Source: Vulcanisaeta distributa DSM 14429
Lineage (GTDB): Archaea; Thermoproteota; Thermoprotei; Thermoproteales; Thermocladiaceae
Assembly: GCF_000148385.1 (NCBI RefSeq)
Contig: NC_014537.1
Coordinates: forward strand, 60,001 to 92,000
DNA: 32,000 bases
Reading direction: 5' to 3'
Under the pieces are notes generated by a model. It ran no database searches. It had not been told where the DNA came from and saw only the letters and a program-made list of their open reading frames with translations. Of this stretch, positions 7,746 through 16,623 are shown piece after piece. Made by a program: the position numbers and the translations under genes. Positions within the stretch are counted from its first letter, which is position 1, and every line of letters begins with the position of its first letter.

Positions 7746-9800
7746 ATGTGGACTTTAACTAATAGATCGTTAACCGTGAGGTTTATTAATGGTGAGGAAT
7801 GCGCATATAAAGTTCTTGAAAGCTCCTTTAAACTATGTGATTCTGAGCTTTCTCTCAATATATTGAGGTATGATTATGGAAGTATAATTGAATTATCAGT
7901 AAGATCCGACAAAATCGACCTAAGCGAGTACCCAGTCACAATGGACCTTGACCTTAATGAACAGGCCCAGGGCCTATTAGCTTTAACCCTCCTAAACCTT
8001 GCAAGCTCATTCATGGACAGAGCCTTCAATTACTATAATTATATGGCCCAGGGTAAGACGCCGAGATCCGAGCCACCACCCGAAAGGCCTGAGTATCCAG
8101 GTAATGCTAACTACGTTGGTAAGTGGGAGCGTGACCCAGTTAATTGTTGGGCGTTCCCGACATTCCCGAGAGGTCCCGATAAAATACCACCTTACACGGT
8201 ATTTCTATTAACCAAGCTAGGTAATTCATACAGGGCCTACCTAGCGCTGTCCTCAGGTCAATTAACGGGCTTCATAGGACCTGGTCCTAAGCTAATAACG
8301 TTCACCGGCAAGCCTAGCCGAAGCATTAAGGGTTGGCCCTTAGTGGTGGGTATTAGTAAGGATCCTTATAATGCTGTTGAGAATGCCGTTAAGTTAGCCT
8401 CAATGGTTGCTCCCATTAAGCATAGGAGGAGTAAGGTTAGGCCAAGGTTTATGGTTGGGTTGGGGTGGTGTAGTTGGAATGCCCTACTAACGGAGGATTT
8501 GAACCATGAGAGTATCGTGAGAATTATTAAGGGTCTTAGGGATAGGGGAGTGCCAATTAGGTGGGTTTTAATTGATGACGGCTGGCAGGAGTTGAGTAAT
8601 GGGGTTCTTAACAGTGTTAAGCCGGACCCATCCAAGTTTCCCAAGGGCTTTAGGGCCCTTATAGATGAATTGAAGGCCTTAGGCATCGAGGATGTTGGGT
8701 TATGGTTTACAATAAATATGTACTGGAGGGGCGTTACCGAAGACTTTCTGAATTCACTGGGTGTGGAGGGTTATAGGGTGGGTGAGGGTTACGTACCCAT
8801 ACCCAATCTTGAAGGCGCATTTAAACTCTATGATGCCTGGCTGAGATTACTTAAAGCTGAGGGTTTTGGCTTTGTGAAGGTTGATAATCAGTGGATTGTG
8901 CATAGGCTTTATTGGGGCCTTGCAAATGATGCCGAGGCCTCTAGGGCCATTGAATTAGCCCTTCAATTAGCTGCCGCCTCAAATGGCTTAGACGTATTGA
9001 ATTGCATGGATATGGCCCCTGGAAACTACGGTAACTACGCCCTGAGTAATGCCATGAGGATTTCCCAGGACTACATCCCAATGTGGCGTGCAGATGCTAA
9101 GTTACATACGTTATGGAGTGTTTACAATAGCCTGCTCTACAGTCACTTTGCGTATCCCGATTATGACATGTGGATGAGTTATGATCAATCAGCCAGGTTA
9201 ATAGCGGTAACGAGGGTATTCAGTGGAGGTCCCATTTACATCACTGACCGCGAACCAGAAAGAACAAATGTCGAATTAATTAAATGGATCACACTCAGTG
9301 ATGGTGAGGTTATTAGGGTTGATGAACCTGCACTACCCACGAGAGACATCCTATTTAGGGATCCATACAACGAATCCGTGCTGCTCAAGCTTGCGTCGAC
9401 AGTTAATGAATACCCGGTGATTGCGTTCATGAACATTAACAGGGATGGGCTAAGGATCAGCGAGAAGTTTAGGTTGGACGAAATGCCCATGAAATTGGGC
9501 GGCCAATACGTATACTATAAAGTCATTAGTGGTGAGTGGGGCATTATTGAGGCCAACGGCTCGATTAAGGTTGAATTAAATGAGCTTGAGGTAGAAGTAA
9601 TAGTACTGGCGCCATTAATTAATGGTAGCAAGGCTGTAATAGGTATGGCAGAGAAGGTATTACCACCATATCCACTGAATCTCATTAAGATAAACGACAG
9701 AATTGTGGTGAGGACTAGGGACGAGGGTACACTACTATATGTTAAAGATAATACACTGAGTAGGGTCAATGTTAAAGCTAGCGATATTATTGAGGTTTAA
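7746..9800 (+). CDS. GH36 alpha-galactosidase (raffinose-synthase/Sip1-like, GalS-type)
   Basis: Motifs GWCSWNA, VLIDDGWQ, FVKVDNQ and RISQDY are typical of the raffinose synthase / GH36 family. The longest ORF starts at GTG 7737. ATG 7746 follows a TATA-like element at 7715-7726. Confidence 0.8.
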   Translation: MWTLTNRSLTVRFINGEECAYKVLESSFKLCDSELSLNILRYDYGSIIELSVRSDKIDLSEYPVTMDLDLNEQAQGLLALTLLNLASSFMDRAFNYYNYMAQGKTPRSEPPPERPEYPGNANYVGKWERDPVNCWAFPTFPRGPDKIPPYTVFLLTKLGNSYRAYLALSSGQLTGFIGPGPKLITFTGKPSRSIKGWPLVVGISKDPYNAVENAVKLASMVAPIKHRRSKVRPRFMVGLGWCSWNALLTEDLNHESIVRIIKGLRDRGVPIRWVLIDDGWQELSNGVLNSVKPDPSKFPKGFRALIDELKALGIEDVGLWFTINMYWRGVTEDFLNSLGVEGYRVGEGYVPIPNLEGAFKLYDAWLRLLKAEGFGFVKVDNQWIVHRLYWGLANDAEASRAIELALQLAAASNGLDVLNCMDMAPGNYGNYALSNAMRISQDYIPMWRADAKLHTLWSVYNSLLYSHFAYPDYDMWMSYDQSARLIAVTRVFSGGPIYITDREPERTNVELIKWITLSDGEVIRVDEPALPTRDILFRDPYNESVLLKLASTVNEYPVIAFMNINRDGLRISEKFRLDEMPMKLGGQYVYYKVISGEWGIIEANGSIKVELNELEVEVIVLAPLINGSKAVIGMAEKVLPPYPLNLIKINDRIVVRTRDEGTLLYVKDNTLSRVNVKASDIIEV

Positions 9801-10138
9801 TGGGTCATTAGGCTTCCTGAAAAATAACAATGTTAATGTCCTTATAAGCTGGCCAGGTTCAGCAACCAGTGTTTTAGAACTACGTATATCTCAGTGGATC
9901 GGTAAGCTCATCAATAGCCTCAGGATATAGTTTTGCTACAATTGAAGCAACATGGTGTCCGAGCCAAATCACAGTAAATGGGACCGTAAAACAATTTAAT
10001 GGCATATCCGCATCGGGTAGTGAAAGCGGCACAGGCTTGATAACCAGTGGAAGTGGTAGCTTCCCAGTGCCATGGACATGCCAGTACAAGTAATAAATTA
10101 AAGCGGTTTTTTATTTTTCAAGTATCTCCTTAACTTAG

Positions 10139-11221
10139 TCACCACGTGATGTTTATAGGGGTTGCATTGACGCCCCATATCCAGTAGCCGAAGGTGGTGG
10201 CGTATGGGTCACCGCTAGGGCTGAACTCCCCAATGTGCCAGTAGCCGAAGTATGAAGACACAATGTCTGGGTATGGCACGGTTATGTTCAGCGCCAGCTG
10301 CGGGTTTGCCACGTAAATCACGTCAACCCTACACGGAACCAAGACGTCATTAAATGGTGAAAGCAAACTCACAAGTTGCCCAGCCTCGGTGAAGTAGGTC
10401 CATGAGGCCAGCGCAGGCATGTAGCCGAAGTATGTCCTATTCAGCGGGAGCGTGGCATTAACAAGCTCATTACCGATAGTAACTATCCCAGCTGTGTAGT
10501 ACTGCATTAGTTGCAACTCTCCATTGCTCACCGTAGATGACGCCAGTTCCATCATGCTCGTGGGCCCAAACCCAGTCCTATTGCCGACGACGAAGATTGT
10601 AGCTGGGGTCGCCATGAGGACCACTGTGTAGTTTGGCATTGGGTAGTTCAGGGTGGCATTGCTAATCACTACGTAATCAGAGGTCTCTAGGTCTATCACA
10701 TTCAGTGAGTTGTTTATTGGCACGACTATGGGGAATGTGTATGGCGTGACATCCTTAATTCCATACGTAGAGTTCCAATTGCTATACGGCCATATCTTGA
10801 ATAGCCCACTTACTCTCGCCAGGCTGACCGGCGCAATCCAAACATTCACCAGCCACACAGTACCGTTAGGGAGGGCAATGAGCCTAGCCCAGCACCACCC
10901 AGTACCCTCAGCCTTACCCACATACTCAATGAGGGAATTTAAATCACTCGAATTAAAGGTAGGTACGTAGACGTAAACGGTCCTGTTTATGTACACTGGC
11001 ACGGTCTGGTTCACATACTTAACAATTGTCTGGTTCACGTAGACCGTGTGGTTCACGGGCACGTAGATCGTCTGCGTCTGGACAAGCCCAAGAGACCTGG
11101 CAATGAGCTGAAGAGGCTTAACGTGCGGGCTCGCGATTATCAAAGCCAATACTATAATCGCTATTATGCCTATGATTCCCACCACCTTCCACTTAATACC
11201 CACTTCATACGCCAGTCCCAT
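10139..11221 (-). CDS. Membrane-anchored extracellular protein, heavily N-glycosylation-sequon-rich
   Basis: A single N-terminal hydrophobic anchor (VVGIIGIIAIIVLALIIA) is followed by 16 N-x-S/T sequons. The longest ORF starts at GTG 11290. ATG 11221 is preceded by a TTTTAAA box at 11255-11261. Confidence 0.6.
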   Translation of the reverse strand: MGLAYEVGIKWKVVGIIGIIAIIVLALIIASPHVKPLQLIARSLGLVQTQTIYVPVNHTVYVNQTIVKYVNQTVPVYINRTVYVYVPTFNSSDLNSLIEYVGKAEGTGWCWARLIALPNGTVWLVNVWIAPVSLARVSGLFKIWPYSNWNSTYGIKDVTPYTFPIVVPINNSLNVIDLETSDYVVISNATLNYPMPNYTVVLMATPATIFVVGNRTGFGPTSMMELASSTVSNGELQLMQYYTAGIVTIGNELVNATLPLNRTYFGYMPALASWTYFTEAGQLVSLLSPFNDVLVPCRVDVIYVANPQLALNITVPYPDIVSSYFGYWHIGEFSPSGDPYATTFGYWIWGVNATPINITW

Positions 11222-11526
11222 CCTAACCCACCAATGCGTAATTCGTAAATCCCGTTTAAAAGCTAACAACTTAGTAAAACACGTATTCACAATCCTGAGA
11301 AGATTACTCTAACCATCTTCATGAGGTTCAAGAACGTGGTTCACCCTAAACCCACTAATTAGAGATGACATGCTTGATAGAAATATGAGTTTAACCGCAA
11401 GTCTCTACGTGAAGTACATAACGATTGAGGTATCCAAGGTCACCAAGTCGGGTAGTATGACTGTGTATTGAAGCTTAAAATGCCAAAGATCCCAACCAAG
11501 GCCCGGGCTAAAGTAAAAGCAATCAG

Positions 11527-11625
11527 TGGTGGGCCCGCCGGGATTTGAACCCGGGACCTCCCGGTTATCAGCCGTACGCGGGGCTATCGCCCCAGGGCGC
11601 TCCAACCTGGCTGAGCTACGGGCCC
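11527..11625 (-). tRNA. tRNA-Ile (anticodon GAU) with a 21-nt intron, CCA encoded
   Basis: Reverse complement gives acceptor GGGCCCG/CGGGCCC, D arm GCTC…GAGC and T arm CCGGG-TTCAAAT-CCCGG. Removing 11574-11594 yields anticodon stem CCCGG/CCGGG and loop CTGATAA. 99 nt = 78 + 21. Confidence 0.8.
11574..11594 (-). other. tRNA intron (UGGGGCGAUAGCCCCGCGUAC) at non-canonical position 29/30
   Basis: This is the only excision that restores a fully paired 5-bp anticodon stem and a 7-nt loop. The intron contains its own hairpin, GGGGC-GAUA-GCCCC. Confidence 0.6.
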
Positions 11626-11647
11626 TCGTTCCTAATGCCTTTTTCGT

Positions 11648-11657
11648 GTTTTTATGT
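11648..11657 (-). promoter_or_regulatory. TATA box (minus-strand acataaaaac) for tRNA-Ile
   Basis: Lies 23-32 nt upstream of the tRNA 5' end at 11625. Confidence 0.45.
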
Positions 11658-11721
11658 TTTTCTTCCCTGCCCCCTGTGTGAATAACCTTTATTATTAGAT
11701 TTGTTCATTGCTGTGTTGGGT

Positions 11722-12654
11722 ATGGGTGGTAGCAACGTTACCGTTGGTGTTGGTAGGCTTGTGGCTAGGTTGTTACTTGAGTGGGTCCTCCTTGCCATAA
11801 TTGGTGCCTTGGTTTATGTTCTTTACATAAACATTGTCTTTTACCTGTTACCCACTAGTTGGAAGGGTGTTCTCTTGACTTACGATAGTGTTGTCAGATC
11901 TGTGATCATAGTCACCATTGGTGCAGTCCTTGTTTGGGATACTGGGAGGAGGGTTGGTGATTACATTAGTAGGTATGATAGGGTTAGGGGTACGGTGCTT
12001 AAGTTCATCCTTGACACGGTACTTATCGTGGCGGTACTGATAGCCTTGGCCGTGACCTTTGAGAAGTTTGGTCTGTCCGTGGCTGCCTTCTCAGGTACTG
12101 CGGTTGGTATTATTGTTGGTCTTGCCGCGCAGCAGACGCTATCGAACGTCATTGCTGGTATTGTCATCATAATGACTGGCAGGTATAAGCCGGGTGATAG
12201 GGTCACAATCGTTAATTGGAGGTACGGCATAATAAGGGCCATGTACCCGCATGAGGGGTTGCCGAATGGCTTTACTGGCGTTATTAGGAATATAACGCTT
12301 ATGTTCACGGAGGTCATCAGCGATGGTGGTTGGGTGTATACCATACCCAATTACGTGATGCTTGATGCATTAATAATACATAGGGATGTTGCGCCGTTTA
12401 AGCGCATTAGGGCTAGGATTGACGTGCCTTCGAGTATTGACCCCTGGGTCTTTGAGGAGAGGATTAAGGAGGCCCTTAAGGATGGTAGGATTAAGAGCAT
12501 TAAGGTTAAGGTTGGTGAGACCTGGCAAAGCTCTAACCTTTACCAGGTAATAATTGAGGTTTTGGCTGATGGTAAGGCCGATGGCGAGGAGATAAAGGAC
12601 CTGGTGCTTAGGGAGGCTGTGAGGATTAGAAACGAGTTAAGTAAACAACAGTAA
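11722..12654 (+). CDS. Small-conductance mechanosensitive channel (MscS family)
   Basis: N-terminal TM helices, then the pore-helix signature GLAAQQTLSNVIAGIVIIMTGRYKPGDRVTI. The longest ORF starts at TTG 11701. ATG 11722 follows a tttattatt box at 11686-11694. Confidence 0.8.
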   Translation: MGGSNVTVGVGRLVARLLLEWVLLAIIGALVYVLYINIVFYLLPTSWKGVLLTYDSVVRSVIIVTIGAVLVWDTGRRVGDYISRYDRVRGTVLKFILDTVLIVAVLIALAVTFEKFGLSVAAFSGTAVGIIVGLAAQQTLSNVIAGIVIIMTGRYKPGDRVTIVNWRYGIIRAMYPHEGLPNGFTGVIRNITLMFTEVISDGGWVYTIPNYVMLDALIIHRDVAPFKRIRARIDVPSSIDPWVFEERIKEALKDGRIKSIKVKVGETWQSSNLYQVIIEVLADGKADGEEIKDLVLREAVRIRNELSKQQ

Positions 12655-12693
12655 TTTAATTTTTAAAATGAAGACTTGCTTTATTTAACGTGC

Positions 12694-14550
12694 CTATAAT
12701 AGGTAATCGAACTCCTCAAGCCCCAGTCTCTTCAGTGTGTCCCTTGTTGGCTTGCCGTCGACCCAACCCCTCAACTTATAGTACACCTTTATTCCCTCAT
12801 CAAACATCTTGGACGCGGTATGTCCCTTTGCCGGGCCGTCTGGTATTGGCTCCCTCATCCTAGGCGGCAACTCATCCTTAACCCACTTACCTTCCCTGAC
12901 CCAGTGGAGTCTCTCGACATTGAATATCCTCTCGCCAATCGTGAGCACGTCCTGCGGTGTTAGGTCCCACCCGAAGGCAGCGTTGTATAGGTTCGCGAAG
13001 TCCTTCTCGGTGTCTATGTTGGGCATTAGGTTCTCGAACTTGCAGAATATCGTTGAGTCAACGACGGCGAATAGGTCCTGGTTCCACTTAACAATCCTTG
13101 CCTGCTTCTCGATGCACTCCTGCGTTTCGCAGAATGGGTCAACCTTCTCAGGTACGCCGAACACCTCCCAAGTCGGTGTGTAGGCCTCTAGGTGGTCGCC
13201 ACCCCTATTAGCCGTGTAGTAGGCTATTGCGAAGCCCTTTAGTGCCCTCGCGTCGTATGCAGGTAATCCCTGGCCCCTCGATCCAACGAACAGCTGGGGC
13301 ATGCCGTACTTAACCGCGAGCCTGTAGTCACCCTCGGCCAAGTCATCGCCAATGCCATCCCTATAGGCGATCTTATACACCAGGTACTCAAGGGAGCCCG
13401 CATCGCCCCAGTCAATGTCTAGGTTCAACTTGCCATTCTTAACGAGTTCAATCGCCATTGATAATGTATTGCCTAAGCTTATTGTGTCCAGACCGAGTTC
13501 ATTAGCCAACTTCTGAAGCTTGAGGTTAGCCTCTGGGTCTGTTAAGCCGACGTTTGGTCCAAGGGCCCAGGTGTTCTCGTACTCCTGCTTCACGTACTTC
13601 TCGGTAACGGTGAACTTAAATGGGCCTGACTTCACCGTGGGCATTTGCGTACAGCCTATTGGGCAGTTATAGCATCCGTGGGTCTCCGTTGGGTAGTGAT
13701 CCTTAATGTACTCCTCACTGACTGGAGTCACGTCCTTAAGCTTCCCAGTACCGCCGAAGTTATAGTGGGGCAGTGCGCCTATTGATTGTATTATGTTCAT
13801 TAGTACGTTCGTACCATACCTATGAAGAACCTTTGTCGTGTCGTGGGTCGCTATTCTCTTGACAATATCCGTATTAACCTTCATGAACTTAGCCCTATCA
13901 ACGAGCTCCTTATTTAAGTCCCTAGTACCCCAAACCAATATACCCTTAAGCAACTTACTACCCATCACAGCACCGACGCCGCCCCTGCCCGCGAACCTCT
14001 CATAATCGCTAAGCCTAATGCCCGCGAACCTAACGAGGTTCTCACCAGCTGGGCCTATTACCGCAACGCCAGCCTTAGTCTCGTCTGGCGGGAATCCATT
14101 CTCCTCAAGTATTATCTTAGTGGATGCCCCAGTCCATTTGCCCCAGATGTGCTTGGCAGGTTTTAGTTTCGGCTCCCCATCTTTAATCACTAAATATACC
14201 GGCTCGTCGGCCTTACCCTCGATTATTAATCCGTCATAGCCAGACTTCCTGAGCCAATATGAGAAGTTACCACCTGCGTTCGAATGCGTGTATACGCCCG
14301 TTAATGGTGACCTAGTCGTTACATTAACCCTACTTGAGGATATCGTGGCAATGCCACTTAATGGACCTGAGAATATGTAAAGTTTATTGCTAGGGTCGAA
14401 TGGGTCGATACCCCTCGGTATCTCCTTAAGTGCCAAATACGCGGCTAATCCCCTACCACCGAGGAACTTCTTCAGAAGGTCCTCCTTTATTATCTCCTCG
14501 GTGAAGTGCTCTCTCGATAGATCGACTCTTAGTATTCTAAAAACTGTCAT
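12694..14550 (-). CDS. aor: Tungsten-containing aldehyde:ferredoxin oxidoreductase (AOR family)
   Basis: 618 aa. The N-terminus ILRVDLS…GGRGLAAYL is typical of AOR. 4Fe-4S ligand motif HGCYNCPIGC, and a GDHLEAY region. Confidence 0.9.
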   Translation of the reverse strand: MTVFRILRVDLSREHFTEEIIKEDLLKKFLGGRGLAAYLALKEIPRGIDPFDPSNKLYIFSGPLSGIATISSSRVNVTTRSPLTGVYTHSNAGGNFSYWLRKSGYDGLIIEGKADEPVYLVIKDGEPKLKPAKHIWGKWTGASTKIILEENGFPPDETKAGVAVIGPAGENLVRFAGIRLSDYERFAGRGGVGAVMGSKLLKGILVWGTRDLNKELVDRAKFMKVNTDIVKRIATHDTTKVLHRYGTNVLMNIIQSIGALPHYNFGGTGKLKDVTPVSEEYIKDHYPTETHGCYNCPIGCTQMPTVKSGPFKFTVTEKYVKQEYENTWALGPNVGLTDPEANLKLQKLANELGLDTISLGNTLSMAIELVKNGKLNLDIDWGDAGSLEYLVYKIAYRDGIGDDLAEGDYRLAVKYGMPQLFVGSRGQGLPAYDARALKGFAIAYYTANRGGDHLEAYTPTWEVFGVPEKVDPFCETQECIEKQARIVKWNQDLFAVVDSTIFCKFENLMPNIDTEKDFANLYNAAFGWDLTPQDVLTIGERIFNVERLHWVREGKWVKDELPPRMREPIPDGPAKGHTASKMFDEGIKVYYKLRGWVDGKPTRDTLKRLGLEEFDYLL

Positions 14551-14555
14551 AAACT

Positions 14556-14580
14556 GCTTAATTAAGCGGTGGTATTTAAG
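14556..14580 (-). promoter_or_regulatory. AOR promoter: TATA (plus-strand ggtatttaag, 14571-14580) plus the 12-nt perfect palindrome GCTTAATTAAGC (14556-14567)
   Basis: The TATA lies 21-30 nt upstream of ATG 14550. The palindrome sits between the TATA and the start codon, an operator-like position. Confidence 0.4.
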
Positions 14581-14728
14581 TGCGTTGTTATCGATAATTC
14601 AATAATATTCAGTTAAATATATTCACATAAATTATAGCCATAATAATTAAGTATAACGAAATAAACTAAGCCAAATATCTAAAGAGAATAAGTATTAAAA
14701 TATCAGGTCATTTATGTGTTGAAGTGCG

Positions 14729-15229
14729 ATGGTGAAATTCCCGTATTGGGTAATCGAGGGTGCACTGGCAGGCTCGTCAATGCCTCTTGATGAGGATACA
14801 GTGGCCATGTGGCATAGGATGAGGATTAGGGCCGTGGTAATACTTGTTGAGGAGTGGGAGTTTGCCATGGAGGGCTGGGACTTCAATGAGTATATAAATA
14901 CATTGAGAAAGTTCGGCATGGATTACCTACATGTCCCGACGAGGGACGGCTATGCACCGCCCGAGGATGTTCTTTATAACATTGTTACCTGGATTGATAG
15001 GAGTATAATGAGTGGTAAGCCCGTACTTGTCCATTGCCATGCAGGTATTGGTAGATCACCTACTGTGATTGCGGCTTACTTAATGTATAGGAGGGGGTTG
15101 AGTGCTGATGATGCCATTGAGGTTGTTAGTAGGTATAATGATGAGTTATCGATAACGAATGAACAGTACTTAACCCTCGTTGCTTTTGAGCATTATTTAC
15201 GAAGTATTAGGAACGCTAGTACTCCCTAG
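14729..15229 (+). CDS. Cys-based protein tyrosine / dual-specificity phosphatase (SsoPTP-like)
   Basis: 166 aa. Active-site HCHAGIGRS (CX5R) preceded by the general-acid region VPTRDGYAP. The TATA attaaaata at 14694-14702 lies 27 nt upstream. Confidence 0.85.
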   Translation: MVKFPYWVIEGALAGSSMPLDEDTVAMWHRMRIRAVVILVEEWEFAMEGWDFNEYINTLRKFGMDYLHVPTRDGYAPPEDVLYNIVTWIDRSIMSGKPVLVHCHAGIGRSPTVIAAYLMYRRGLSADDAIEVVSRYNDELSITNEQYLTLVAFEHYLRSIRNASTP

Positions 15230-16523
15230 TCCTTATTAGGGATCCTAAGATAACCAATAATGCCCCAATCATCATTACCACTGAGCCATATATAGCAAGT
15301 AGCATTGGGCTGCTTGGTGCTGTCTCTAGGAGTAGTACTATGGCCATTGTGGATAACGGGCCTATTGACGCATTTAGGTTCCATCCAAAGGCCACGGCAC
15401 TCCACCTAACCTCCGTTGGGAATATTGAAGTGAAGTAAAGCGTCTGCGGTGCAGCAGTTAGGCCAAAGAGTATTCCCATTAATAGGCTTGCATATATTGA
15501 TAGTGGATTTAATGTGAATGCCAGGTAGACAATGAATGGACTTAGCACCAGCAGGAGCGTTGATGGCGCAATGAAGGATCTCCTAATGCCCAACGCCCTT
15601 ATTAGAAATCCACTGAGTAATTCACCAATTACGGCTCCTATACCGCCATACATTCCAAGTATTAATGCCCAGGTATATGCCTTATTAGCGGGTAATTGGA
15701 GCTTTGGCGCGATTATCTTTGGCATTACGTAGGCCCAATAGCCTGACCCACCGTAGTAATAAATGGTTAACCCAAGGTTGATTAATATCAATGCTATGAA
15801 TGGTACCCAGTAACGGGATAGGACAACACCCAGGGGCACCTTCACAACACCCCTGGACCTAACCTGCTCAACCCACTCAAGAGATTCTGAGCCCCAAAGC
15901 CTAATTATTAGGGCTATTAGGGCTGGTATGGCTCCTGTTATGAAGAGTATTCTCCAGCCATATACGTTAAATGCTTGGTGCATTGCCGATTTTGCGCTTA
16001 GGGTTACGAATGATGTTAGGAACACGGCCCAGGACAGCCCTGAGTACATGACGCCATTTATGTACGGCCTAATATTCCTAGGTGTTAATTCAAGGGCCCA
16101 GGAGGCACCACCACCAGCCTCACCTCCAAGTCCAATGCCCTGTAAAATCCTCATTAGGTATAGAAGTATTGGCGCCAGAACCCCAGCGGTGTAATACGTG
16201 GGTAGTAAACCTATTGCAAGTGTTGCTAACCCAACGAGTGCGGCATCCGATATCGTCGCTAGCCTCCTTCCACGTACATCGCCAATCCACCCAAATATGA
16301 TCGCGCCAATGGGCCTAACGAAGTATGTCGTTGCGAAGGCGCCCCAGGTCTCTATTGCGCTTACTATTGCCACCTTTGATGGGAAGAAGTACATCTCAAG
16401 TATTGGCGCTAGTGATGCGAAGAGTATAATGTCGTAGTACTCAAGGCCCCAGACAAGCATTGTGCTGATGGCAGCAAGTAGGCTTTGTCTAAGTGTTAAT
16501 TGTTTTGGTGCGTAACCAAACAC
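15216..16523 (-). CDS. MFS transporter (metabolite:H+ symporter-like)
   Basis: 435 aa, ~12 TMS, loop motif GWIGDVRGRRLA. GTG start. Overlaps the convergent phosphatase gene by 14 nt. Confidence 0.8.
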   Translation of the reverse strand: MFGYAPKQLTLRQSLLAAISTMLVWGLEYYDIILFASLAPILEMYFFPSKVAIVSAIETWGAFATTYFVRPIGAIIFGWIGDVRGRRLATISDAALVGLATLAIGLLPTYYTAGVLAPILLYLMRILQGIGLGGEAGGGASWALELTPRNIRPYINGVMYSGLSWAVFLTSFVTLSAKSAMHQAFNVYGWRILFITGAIPALIALIIRLWGSESLEWVEQVRSRGVVKVPLGVVLSRYWVPFIALILINLGLTIYYYGGSGYWAYVMPKIIAPKLQLPANKAYTWALILGMYGGIGAVIGELLSGFLIRALGIRRSFIAPSTLLLVLSPFIVYLAFTLNPLSIYASLLMGILFGLTAAPQTLYFTSIFPTEVRWSAVAFGWNLNASIGPLSTMAIVLLLETAPSSPMLLAIYGSVVMMIGALLVILGSLIRTREY

Positions 16524-16623
16524 GTGATTGCTCTCTGGTGCTATTTAATATGCTTTTTCTCTGAATTCACGTGGTAGTTTGATTTAAATTGGGCGTAGTA
16601 ATTCTAGCAATTGTGGTGATTAA

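Noticed and set aside
9880-10089. 69-aa TTG-start ORF as a confident protein-coding gene
   Set aside because: It has no ATG start, no recognisable motif, and a TATA-like element too close to the TTG. It is kept only as one hypothesis within the orphan-gap finding.
9871-10118. Possibility that the orphan gap encodes the minimal (type T) RNase P RNA of Thermoproteales
   Set aside because: Strings faintly resembling CR-I (GUGAAAGCGGC) and CR-V (ACAGUAAAUGGG / ACAGGCUUGA) occur in the wrong order and adjacent to each other, so a P4 helix cannot form. There is no convincing P1 pairing of the ends. Only a covariance-model search could reopen this.
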